Source: an uncultured delta proteobacterium
GTDB lineage: Bacteria > Myxococcota_A > Polyangia > Polyangiales > Polyangiaceae
Direction: 5' to 3'
Assembly: GCA_963841435.1 (NCBI GenBank)
Contig: CAWJCS010000002.1
Location: 320,001 to 384,000, forward strand
DNA length: 64,000 bases
Part shown: piece by piece, positions 1 to 8,808 of the stretch
How the letters are laid out: each line of letters begins with the position of its first letter
How positions within the stretch are numbered: the first letter of the stretch is position 1
Notes under the pieces: model-generated
The model's input: the letters and a program-made list of their open reading frames with translations, nothing else
Told to the model about the DNA's origin: nothing
The model's database searches: none
Program-made: the position numbers and the translations under genes

Positions 1-1086
1 GGCACCGGCGAGCATGCTGTGGAACAGCAAGGTTGCCACGATGATCAGACCCGCGATCGACAACCAGCGGCCGAGCACGATGCCGGCGGCGCGCGGACTT
101 CTGCGGCGCAGCACTCGCACGAGCGGGACGCCCAACGACAAGAGGGCCAGCAGAAGCACGACGAACCCCGGGAACGCGATCTCCTCGTGGGCGCCCTGAA
201 CCTGCCCACGATGGTGCAGCGCCCCGAGGCTCAGGTTCGTTTCGGGCACGTTCGTGAAGAAGGCGAGCTTGCCGTCATAGCTCGAAGCGAACGCGGGGCT
301 GCGCTCGAGAGCGAACGCGCCGCGCACCGCGAAGTAGGGCCGCACCATCAGGAGCGCCACCAGCGCCGAAAAGGCTCCGCCCGCTGCCAGCCAAAGGAGC
401 AGTCTGCGCGATGGGCGCTTTCGGACGATGAGAATCCCTCCGACCAGCGCGAGCAGGGGGATCAGGAACATCGCGTAGTAAAGACAGGTGCCGACCTGCA
501 TCAGGTACGCGAGCCAAAGCCCGACCACATCGCGCGACCTGCCTTGCTCGATCGAACGGTGCAGCATCAGTAGGCTGGCGGGAATCCACTGCGTTGCCAC
601 GAGCTGAATGCGCCCGAGCTCGAACATGACGTACGGACAAAATGCAAAGGCAACCCCTGCGATCACGCCCGCATGGGCGCTGCCCGTCAGTCTCCGTACC
701 AAGAGGAACGTGAAGAACGCAGACAGCGAAAGCGAGGCGAGCAGCGTCAGGTTGTAGGCCCACAGGGGACTATCGGTGAGGAGATAGAACGGGGCGAAGA
801 TCAGCGATAGCCCGAACAGGTTCTCGTTGAAGACGATCGAGCTCGGCAGCGGCGCGAAGAAGTAGTCGTCGTAGAGCGACAGGGGACCACGCCCCATCAG
901 CGCATCGACCCGACCGCCCAGGATCATCGTGTTGGTGTAGGCGTCCCAGTAGTAGATGGCGTCGAGGACGTGATCCTTCGCCTCGGGCAAGAGCGGCCAG
1001 GTCATCAGCACTGCGGCGGCGATGGCGGCGACGGCCGCTCCCAGGGTGCCCAAGCTCGCTAGCCGGGGGGTTTCTGCTCCAGCCAT
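1..1086 (-). CDS. Polytopic membrane protein, probable GT-C-fold (YfhO-like) glycosyltransferase; runs off the left edge
   Basis: Not in the ORF track (no stop in the window). Manual translation from ATG 1086 gives MAGAETPRLASLG...VLMTWPLL...YYWDAY...FFAPLPSSIVFNENLFG...AYNLTLL...FTFLLVRRLTG...AGVAFAFCPY...QWIP, with many hydrophobic helices. Divergent from a GT2 gene. Confidence 0.7.
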   Translation of the reverse strand, partial: MAGAETPRLASLGTLGAAVAAIAAAVLMTWPLLPEAKDHVLDAIYYWDAYTNTMILGGRVDALMGRGPLSLYDDYFFAPLPSSIVFNENLFGLSLIFAPFYLLTDSPLWAYNLTLLASLSLSAFFTFLLVRRLTGSAHAGVIAGVAFAFCPYVMFELGRIQLVATQWIPASLLMLHRSIEQGRSRDVVGLWLAYLMQVGTCLYYAMFLIPLLALVGGILIVRKRPSRRLLLWLAAGGAFSALVALLMVRPYFAVRGAFALERSPAFASSYDGKLAFFTNVPETNLSLGALHHRGQVQGAHEEIAFPGFVVLLLALLSLGVPLVRVLRRRSPRAAGIVLGRWLSIAGLIIVATLLFHSMLAGA

Positions 1087-1127
1087 TTCCCTGGACGACC
1101 TAGGCGTGTGTTGTGTAGTGCGCAGAC

Positions 1128-1838
1128 ATGAAGGACTCGCCGGTCAAGGTATCCGTGGTGATCCCGACCTACAACGAGGAAGCGACCATCGGCAGGGTGC
1201 TCGAGGCCGTTCGCGCGGCGCACGTCCAGGGGGTGACGTTCGAAGTCGTCGTGGTGGACGATGGCTCGAGCGACGGCACCCGCGCGCTGTGCAAGGGAGA
1301 ACTAGCGAGTCAGATCGACCGGTTCGTGGAGCAACCGATGAATCGGGGCAAGGGCGCCGCCCTGAGAAGCGGCATCGCCGAGGCCACGGGAGATATCATC
1401 CTGATCCAGGATGCCGATCTCGAATACACCCCCAAAGAGTACCCCAAGCTGCTTGCTCCGATCCTGAGCGGCAAGGCCGACGTCGTGCTCGGCTCGCGGT
1501 TCGCCGGGTCCGAAGAGCACCGCGTGGTGTACTTCTGGCATATGGTCGGCAATCGCTTCCTGACCTTGTTGTCGAACGTCATGACCGATCTCAACCTCAC
1601 CGACATGGAGTGCGGGTACAAGGTGTTCCGAGCCGACGTACTCAAGGACATCGCGCTGACCGAGAACGGCTTTGGCTTCGAGCCGGAGGTCATCGCCAAG
1701 GTGGCGAAGAAGAAGTGCCGGATCTACGAAGTGGGCGTCTCGTATCACGGGCGCACCTACGCTGAAGGCAAGAAGGTGGGCCTCAAGGATGGCTTCTGCG
1801 CGATCTACGCCATCGCCAAGCACAACCTCCTCGGCTAG
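1128..1838 (+). CDS. GT2 glycosyltransferase, polyprenyl-phosphate sugar synthase (DPM-like)
   Basis: [50 protein letters not shown] and FGFEPE motifs. Confidence 0.93.
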   Translation: MKDSPVKVSVVIPTYNEEATIGRVLEAVRAAHVQGVTFEVVVVDDGSSDGTRALCKGELASQIDRFVEQPMNRGKGAALRSGIAEATGDIILIQDADLEYTPKEYPKLLAPILSGKADVVLGSRFAGSEEHRVVYFWHMVGNRFLTLLSNVMTDLNLTDMECGYKVFRADVLKDIALTENGFGFEPEVIAKVAKKKCRIYEVGVSYHGRTYAEGKKVGLKDGFCAIYAIAKHNLLG

Positions 1839-2100
1839 CAGTGCCGTGCGCGGCGCCGACGCATTGGGCGAAGGCCGCGACCGCCGCGGTGGGACGATTC
1901 TCGAGCGCCGCGGCCGACAACCCGTCACAGTGAGGACGGAACACTTCTCTCCGGGCGGCTCGCGAGTCCGAGGTTGGCCCGCCAAGCGTGTGGTTGGCAG
2001 AAGTGAGAAGTGCTTGGCTGCCTCCTTCTGTATGTTGTGACGTACCCTTTGTCGTCGGGCCGCCACCTGGGCCACGGTCGTTCTGCTACTCGGAGTGCCA

Positions 2101-3391
2101 ATGCCGAAACTGGTCCGCTTCAGCGCTTATTTCGCGTTCCATGCTCGTGCTCGCACACTGCGGGTTGACGGCCCCTTCCGATGACGACGACTCGAGTGGG
2201 GCAACGAGCGGGGGGAGCGCGGGCGCGTCGGCGACCGGCGGCAGCTCGGCGACCGGCGGCGTGAGCGCAACCGGTGGCGCGGGTGGCGCGGGCGGCACGG
2301 GCGGTGCGACGGGCGGGTCAGGTGGCAACGTGGGTGGAACCGGCGGCGTGACGGGTGGAACCGGTGGCACATCGGGTGGCGCCGGGGGCGTCGGCGGTAC
2401 CGCTGGCGTCACGGGCGGCGTCGGCGGGACCACGGGCGGCGCTGCGGGCGTCGGGGGCGCTCAGGGCGGCTTCGGCGGCACGGCCGGATCGGGGGGCTCC
2501 ATCGTTACCGGCGGTATGGGCGGCACGGCCGGGTCGTCGGGCGGCGCGGGCGGTGCGGGTACGGCCGGTATGGGGCCGATCGTCAACATGAACGGTGTGC
2601 CGCTCGCGAAGCCGGGCGATCAGAAGACGGGCTCGCGCGAGTACCTGAATCTCGGCGACATGCGCCTGCTCAACAACAAGTGGGGCTCGGACGAGCTCGG
2701 CTGCAACACGACGATGCGCGTCTTCGCCAACACCGACAAATCGCTCGGCTGGGACTTCAACCGCGGCACCTGCGGCGGGGCGAACGCCAAGCCCGACTAC
2801 CCGGAGATCGAGTTCGGCGTGCATCCGTTCGGTGCCGGCAACAGCCTCGCGACCTCGCCGGACTTCTCGTTAACGCTGCTCTTGCCCAAGCAGATGAAGG
2901 ACATCACGTCGGCGAGCGTGACCATCGACAACCTCGTGATCAATCTCCAGGGCCAGCAGTCCTGGAACCTCAACTTCGAGTTCTGGCTGAGCCAGGGGAA
3001 CCCGCTCGAGGCGAATCCCGGCGTGCACGCCGAGCTCATCACGTTCTGGGGGTGGCAGGATGGCCGCTGGCCCTGCGACAAGACCGGTAACGTGAACGCC
3101 GGCGACAAGGGCTACCACCTCTGCCACCAGGACGACAATTGGGCGAGCGGCCAGTGGCGCTACTTCCAGTTCTGGGTCGACAACGGCCCGAACCGGAGCT
3201 TCTCCGGCAAGGTCAACGTGAAGGCCCTCATGGAGTGGCTCGTGAACAACTACGGCTACTCGAGGGACCTCTGGGTTACCCGCTTCGAGGTCGGCACGGA
3301 GATCGACGACAACACGAGCGGCACCGCCACGATCAAGAACATCACGTTCGAGGTGAACGGCACCTCGAAGTCTCCGCAGTTCGCGCAGTGA
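2101..3391 (+). CDS. GH12 endoglucanase-like enzyme with Gly-rich N-terminal linker; start region probably frameshifted
   Basis: NNKWG, YPEIEFGVHPF, NLNFEFW, AELITFW (nucleophile E) and FEVGTEI (acid/base E). GGAG precedes ATG 2101, but that ATG is out of frame with the main ORF; the in-frame alternative is ATG 2141. Confidence 0.75.
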
Positions 3392-3442
3392 GCCCATCGG
3401 ACACGGGGAGCGCCCGCGACGCGGCGCCCGGGCTCGGCGCGG

Positions 3443-5197
3443 TCACGGTGTGACGCGGAGCGTGGCCCAGCCGTGGGCGGGCACGTCGAACTGGTACAGC
3501 GTGCTGCCGAGCCCTACGGTCGTCGTCTTCGCTGCGTCACCCTTGTTGTAGACCTCGGTGACGATGCTGCCGTCGGGGTTCAGGAAGGCGAGGGCGTCGT
3601 TGCTGCCGCTCGTCTTGATGCGCGTCGCGCCCGGGAACACGTACTGCGAGAAATGCCGGAAGGCGTAGTACGCGGGAGTCACGATCAGCTTCTTCGCTGA
3701 ACGATCCACCGTCAAAAGCGAGTTCTGGGGCCAGTTGTCGAGGCTCTTACCCACGGTGTCGAGCACCATGTTCCAAGCGCTGTACGAGCTCACCCCTGCG
3801 ACAATCCAATCCCGGATGAGCTGCCAGGTCTCCTCACCATAGAGATGATCGTTCTGCGGCTTGTTGGGGTCGTACCGGCTCTGATCCCAGTAGGGCGTCG
3901 AGAAGTTGTAGTTCCCGCACTTGTGCTCCGTCTGCCAGACGGGGGCCTTCGCTGCCAACGTGGCGACCGCGGCTTGCAGGTTCCACTGCACGCCGAAGCC
4001 CTTCACGTAGGCCATGGCTGCAGCGTCGCTGGCGACCGCCTTGGCGATGTTGGTGTCGTCCGGGTCCTTCGACATGGTCCCGCACCAGATCTCGGCCGTG
4101 AGCCCCCGCTCGGCAAACGTCGGCCCCAGGTAGGTCTTCAGGAAGTCGATGAAGAGCGCTTGCGTCCAATGCACCCGCGCATAGCCGGGCTCGTTTTGCG
4201 GGTGAATCGCGACGATCGGGAGACCCTCCTTGGCGTACTCTTCCACGAACCTGGCCATGTACAGGGCATGGGCGCCAAGCGTCTGCGCATCGCTCTTCAT
4301 GTTCGAGCCGCTCATCATCCAGGACGGAACGACCCACGGGCTCGCCCAGAGCTTGATGTCGGGCCTGATCTGTTGGGCCGCCTTGATGAAGGGGATTAGC
4401 TTTTCACGGTCGCGATCGATCGAGAAGTCGTTCATCGCGAAGTCGCCCGCCGTTTCGTCGAGCGTGTACCAGCTCATCGAGTAGTCGCTCGCGCCCATCG
4501 GGAGCCGCCCGTAGACGAAATTGGCGCCGTCGGCCGCGTCGAAGAGGAGCGTCAGCGCCTTCGTCACGTCGGCGGAGCTCAATACCGAGAGGGCATCCCA
4601 ACCCATCTCGTTGAAGCACCCACCGAAACCGGTGAGCACTTGGTACTTGGTGCTCTGGTCGACGGTCACGTCGGCGGTGCCGCCCGCCATCTGCGTCACG
4701 GTGCCCTGCGTGTTGAAATAGTCATTGGGGCCGGACGTGACGAAGTCAGGCAGCGTGGGACCCGCGCCGGCCGCTCCGCCGCCTGCCATACCTGCGCCAC
4801 CGGTCGGTGCACCGCCGCTCATGCCGGCCTGGCCACCGAGTCCGCCGCTCGCGCCACCAGCAGCGCTGCCTGCCGCGCTTCCTGCCATGCCCGCGTCCGA
4901 TCCGCCGGCCGGGCTACCCGCCGCGCCGCCGGCCGGGCTCCCTCCGCCCGCGTTGCCGCTACTGCCGCCGACCGAGCCGCCGCTGCCGCCGCCGCCGCTG
5001 GTGCTGCCGCCGCTGGTGCTACCGCCGCTGCCCCCAAGCGAGCCGCCACTGCTGCCGCCGACGGAGCTGCCGCCCGTGGCGCTCGCTGAGCTCCCGCCGG
5101 ATCCAGCCTGCTCGGAGCTCGAAGATGGCTGCGAGCTGCAAGCAGCGACGCAGAGCGCGAGCGAGATGCCGGTGATCGCCAATGATGCTCTGTTCAT
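3443..5197 (-). CDS. GH30 glycoside hydrolase lipoprotein (glucosylceramidase/SrfJ-like branch) with Gly-rich linker
   Basis: Start MNRASLAITG...VAAC lipobox at ATG 5197; GFGGCFNEMGW, RLPMGASDY, WASPW, QNEP, QTEHKCG, WNMVLD. Confidence 0.9.
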   Translation of the reverse strand: MNRASLAITGISLALCVAACSSQPSSSSEQAGSGGSSASATGGSSVGGSSGGSLGGSGGSTSGGSTSGGGGSGGSVGGSSGNAGGGSPAGGAAGSPAGGSDAGMAGSAAGSAAGGASGGLGGQAGMSGGAPTGGAGMAGGGAAGAGPTLPDFVTSGPNDYFNTQGTVTQMAGGTADVTVDQSTKYQVLTGFGGCFNEMGWDALSVLSSADVTKALTLLFDAADGANFVYGRLPMGASDYSMSWYTLDETAGDFAMNDFSIDRDREKLIPFIKAAQQIRPDIKLWASPWVVPSWMMSGSNMKSDAQTLGAHALYMARFVEEYAKEGLPIVAIHPQNEPGYARVHWTQALFIDFLKTYLGPTFAERGLTAEIWCGTMSKDPDDTNIAKAVASDAAAMAYVKGFGVQWNLQAAVATLAAKAPVWQTEHKCGNYNFSTPYWDQSRYDPNKPQNDHLYGEETWQLIRDWIVAGVSSYSAWNMVLDTVGKSLDNWPQNSLLTVDRSAKKLIVTPAYYAFRHFSQYVFPGATRIKTSGSNDALAFLNPDGSIVTEVYNKGDAAKTTTVGLGSTLYQFDVPAHGWATLRVTP

Positions 5198-5704
5198 CGC
5201 GCCCTTTGAGCCTTTCGAACGATTTGCGCACCATGGGACTGCCCCGGGACGCGATTTCAGGATACCACGCGGGTGGTTCATGCGATTCGAGATCGGGGAC
5301 CTACCGAATCCGAATCGATCTGGGGGTATCGCGCCCCGCTCACGAACGGCATCGACTCGCCCGTCGAGCCGCGGGGGGTCGTCGCGCCGAGGCTCACTTG
5401 CCCCGAGCAGCATCGGCCCGGCGCCGCACCGAGCGCTGCCGCGAGGAACCCGAGCGCCGCCGTCGTCGTGCGCGGGCAAGTGGCGCGACCGTCGTTGAGG
5501 GGCCGGCGCGTTCGTCGTCGGTGCCCGCGCGAGAGCGCGCCGCAACAGTGCCGAGCGCCGCGCATCCGACTCCGATCCGGGACCGGTCCTCGCCTCTCGG
5601 ACTTCGCAACCCTTCGTCGTCACGCGTTGGTTTGCCGGTTTTGCGTAGCTCTCGGGGGGGACGTGCCCGCTCCCCTGGGGGCGTGGTAGCAAGCGCGCGC
5701 ACCG

Positions 5705-6940
5705 GTGCCCCCGCGAGATTCTTCATTCGTAGCGCTCAGGCACCGAAACTTCCGTCTGCTCTGGCTCGGCCTGTTCGTGTCGATGGCCGGATCGCTGATG
5801 CGGAACGCCGCGATTCTCTGGCACGTTTCGCTGCTCGCGCCGGCGGGGCACAAGGCGCTCGCGCTCGGCGGTGTCGGGCTCGTGCGGGCGGTCGCCATCT
5901 TCGTCTGCTCGCTCGTCGCGGGGGTGGCGGCGGACGCGTTCGACCGACGGCGGCTCTTGCTCGTGACGAACGTCACGCTGCTCGTGATCTCGAGCTTGCT
6001 CGCCACCGTCACGCTCACGGGCACCGACGGGCTCGGCATCCTCTACGTGCTGACGTCGCTCAGCGCCGCGGCGAGCACATTCGACAATCCCGCCCGCAAT
6101 TCGTTCTTTCCTTCGCTCGTGCCGCGCGAGCAACTGCCCAATGCGATTAGCCTAAATAGCATCCTGTTCCAGACCGCCTCGGTGGTTGGTCCCGTGATTG
6201 CCGGCGTCGTCATCGCGAAGACGAACGTCGGCTGGGTCTACGTCGTCGATGTGCTGAGCTTCGTCGTGCTCATCGTGCTCCTCGTGGCGATGCGCGACCT
6301 GCCGCCGCAACGGACCACGGGTCGCGCGGGGCTCACGGTCGGCGCGGCGTGGGAGGGCGTCCGGTTCGTGTTCGGGCGTCCGCTGATTCGGTCGTCGATG
6401 CTGCTCGATTTCTTCGCGACGTTCTTCGCCTCGGCGACGGCGCTATTGCCGATATTCGCGCAGGACGTGCTGCGCGTCGGCGCACACGGCTACGGCGTGC
6501 TGTCGTCGGCGACGGCGGCCGGCGCGGTCGTCACGAGCCTGTTCATGGCGAGGTTCATCGAGCGCATCGAGCGCCGCGGCCTCACGCTCGTCGTCGCGGC
6601 CGTCATCTACGGCCTCGTCACGATTGGCTTCGGACTGTCGCGACTGTTTTGGCTGAGCTTCGCGTGCCTGGTCCTCTCCGGCGCGGCGGACATGGTCAGC
6701 ACGGTGCTGCGCAACGTGATTCGCCAACTCGCGACGCCCGACGAGATGCGGGGCCGCATGACGAGCGTGAACATGATCTTCTTCATGGGTGGCCCGCAGA
6801 TCGGCGAGCTCGAGGCAGGTCTCGTCGCACAGGCGATCGGCCCGCTCGGGTCGGTCGTTTCGGGCGGCATCGGTTGCGTGCTCGCCGTGCTCTTCATCGC
6901 CTGGCGCACACCGGAGCTCGTGCGCTACGGCAGGGAGTGA
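5705..6940 (+). CDS. MFS transporter (EntS/DHA3-like)
   Basis: About 12 hydrophobic segments; LRHRNFRLLW, GVAADAFDRRRLL, TPDEMRGR and GGPQIGELEAG. Confidence 0.9.
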   Translation: MPPRDSSFVALRHRNFRLLWLGLFVSMAGSLMRNAAILWHVSLLAPAGHKALALGGVGLVRAVAIFVCSLVAGVAADAFDRRRLLLVTNVTLLVISSLLATVTLTGTDGLGILYVLTSLSAAASTFDNPARNSFFPSLVPREQLPNAISLNSILFQTASVVGPVIAGVVIAKTNVGWVYVVDVLSFVVLIVLLVAMRDLPPQRTTGRAGLTVGAAWEGVRFVFGRPLIRSSMLLDFFATFFASATALLPIFAQDVLRVGAHGYGVLSSATAAGAVVTSLFMARFIERIERRGLTLVVAAVIYGLVTIGFGLSRLFWLSFACLVLSGAADMVSTVLRNVIRQLATPDEMRGRMTSVNMIFFMGGPQIGELEAGLVAQAIGPLGSVVSGGIGCVLAVLFIAWRTPELVRYGRE

Positions 6941-6971
6941 GCGGCCGGTTCGGGTTGCTCTCGAGCTTCGT

Positions 6972-8384
6972 TCAGTAGGGGCGGCCGGGGATGTCGAGCG
7001 GGAGCTCGAAGAGCCCCTTGTTGGTGCCGAGCCCCGTAATGTAGAGCGTCTTCCGGTCCACTCCGCCGAACGCCACGTTCGTGACCTCCTGGACGTCAGG
7101 CACGGTGATGGTGCCCACCTGGGCTCCCTGAGGCGTGTAGACATCGACGTTCGGAGACTTCGATTTGGCCACGTACAGATTGCCGGCGCAGTCGATGACC
7201 ATGCCGTCGCCCCCCGACGCTTGCGTGAAGTTAGCCCCTGCCGTGATGGTTCCGTCGGGCATCACCGGATAGCGCCGCCCGACTTCTGCCGCGACGTAGA
7301 GGTAGTCCTCGGCGAGCGAGAGCGTCACGCCGTTTGGATTGGTGAACATGTCCGGGCTCGCGCCCGATGGGATCGGCTCGGCCGTGTTGCCAGCCGGGGC
7401 CACCCGGTAGACCAAGGTCCGGGCCTGTGGCGGCGGGCTGGGGGACTGGAAGCTGGGATCGGAAAAGTAGAGAGTGCCGTTCGAGTGCAATGCGAGATCG
7501 TTCGGCGAGTCGAAGCGCACGTTCATGTAGGTGCCGACGAGCGTCGTCGCGGCGCCGCCGGGCAGCGTGAAACGCTTGACCGACCCGTCCTTGTGCACGC
7601 ACCCTAAGAGGTTGCCGCTCGGCTCGAGCGCGAGGCCGTTGGTCCCCGAATCCGCAAGCACGATCGTCACCTGACCGCCCGGCACGAACTTGAGGAGCCG
7701 GGCCATCTTGACCTCGCTGCCGAGTTGCGGATACGGCGTGTCGGTCATTTCGGTCATGTAGAGCGCGTCGCCGGTCCACACGGGGCCCTCGATGTTCCCG
7801 AAGCTCGCGTTGTTCATGTTGAACGAGTCGTGCGGTGGCACCGCCGTGATGCGCGTCGGCGTTCCGCCGAGCGTCGGCGTCCCGGTCATTCCCGAAGGGC
7901 AGGCCCAGACACCCCCGCCGGCGCCTGCTGCTCCCGCTCCGCCGGAAAACCCGCCGGCGCCCGCTGCGTCGCCACCCGCTCCGCCGTTCGCACCCGCCAT
8001 GCCGCCGTCGCCGGCACCCGCCGATCCTCCCGCGAGTGCACCCGCCGATCCTCCCGCGCCCGCGCCTGCGCCGGACGCACCGCCCGCGCCGCCGCCGGCA
8101 AGACCAGCCGTGCCGGCGAGCGCGCCGGCTGCGCCGCCGGTGCCCGCCTGAGCCGCGACGCCACCCGCACCGCCGACCGCGCCGCCGCTACCAGCTCCGG
8201 CCCCCAGTCCCGCAACGCCGCCAGCTCCGCCGGTTTCGCCCGTCGTGCCGCCGGCACCGCCGGAGCCGTTTTTTCCTCCGCTTCCGGGTGACGGGTTCGT
8301 GCCGCAGCCTGGCGTGCCCAGCGTGAAGCACAACAGGGAGCTTGCGATCGTGGGAGTCCAGAAGAGACGCGTCGCTAGCCGCAT
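6972..8384 (-). CDS. SMP-30/gluconolactonase-family beta-propeller lipoprotein with Gly-rich linker
   Basis: TPGC lipobox; EGPVW, TNGLA, FDSPNDL, YFSDP, NPNGVTLS, DGMVIDCAGNLYV, TNVAFGG, TLYIT. Confidence 0.9.
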   Translation of the reverse strand: MRLATRLFWTPTIASSLLCFTLGTPGCGTNPSPGSGGKNGSGGAGGTTGETGGAGGVAGLGAGAGSGGAVGGAGGVAAQAGTGGAAGALAGTAGLAGGGAGGASGAGAGAGGSAGALAGGSAGAGDGGMAGANGGAGGDAAGAGGFSGGAGAAGAGGGVWACPSGMTGTPTLGGTPTRITAVPPHDSFNMNNASFGNIEGPVWTGDALYMTEMTDTPYPQLGSEVKMARLLKFVPGGQVTIVLADSGTNGLALEPSGNLLGCVHKDGSVKRFTLPGGAATTLVGTYMNVRFDSPNDLALHSNGTLYFSDPSFQSPSPPPQARTLVYRVAPAGNTAEPIPSGASPDMFTNPNGVTLSLAEDYLYVAAEVGRRYPVMPDGTITAGANFTQASGGDGMVIDCAGNLYVAKSKSPNVDVYTPQGAQVGTITVPDVQEVTNVAFGGVDRKTLYITGLGTNKGLFELPLDIPGRPY

Positions 8385-8496
8385 GCGATATCACTTGGCA
8401 TGAAGAATCCGGCCAGAGTCTTTCACGACCTTGGTCGAGCGTCGACGATAGCAGAACTGAAAGGTGCTCGTTCTCGCCCGCTGCGGCTCGATGCTT

Positions 8497-8538
8497 TCCG
8501 CTGACGACGACGCGAATCCGCTGACGACGACGCGAATC
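8497..8538. repeat. Perfect 20-bp tandem duplication (TCCGCTGACGACGACGCGAA x2) in a divergent intergenic region
   Basis: Read directly: units at 8497-8516 and 8517-8536. Confidence 0.9.
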
Positions 8539-8808
8539 GAGGCGCGAGAGGGCGATTCCCGATCGCGTCCGTCTCGCTCCGTTCCTTCGGGCCCATTGAC
8601 CACGCGTCGCGTTCAACAACGGGCTCGCGGGCCCTCGCCCCAGGATCCGTGCCGTTCGGCTCGCGGCTCCGCGTCTGACGAGAAGAATCCCCCCGGGGTG
8701 CAAGAACGGAGAGCTCTCACCGCGCTCGCGCCTCGCGCTTTTTGAGGTTCGATGCTGCTTCGCGCCACGGACCTGCTAAACCCGGAGGAACCCTCGAGGA
8801 GCGCTGCC

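Noticed and set aside
2190-2570. PE_PGRS gene or collagen-like protein
   Set aside because: No PE domain and no strict Gly-X-Y periodicity; these are linkers between a lipobox and an enzyme domain
5254-5270. TTTCAGG-ATA-CC upstream of the first GH30 as a fifth MarR operator
   Set aside because: The second half-site matches too poorly
5198-5692. Long N-terminal extensions given by the ORF track (also at 1988, 43925, 47195, 48775, 56270 and 63273)
   Set aside because: Low-complexity read-through upstream of better starts that have an RBS, a signal peptide or a stop-start overlap
8497-8538. Possible CRISPR or REP element
   Set aside because: Only two adjacent copies, no spacer, and not seen elsewhere in the window
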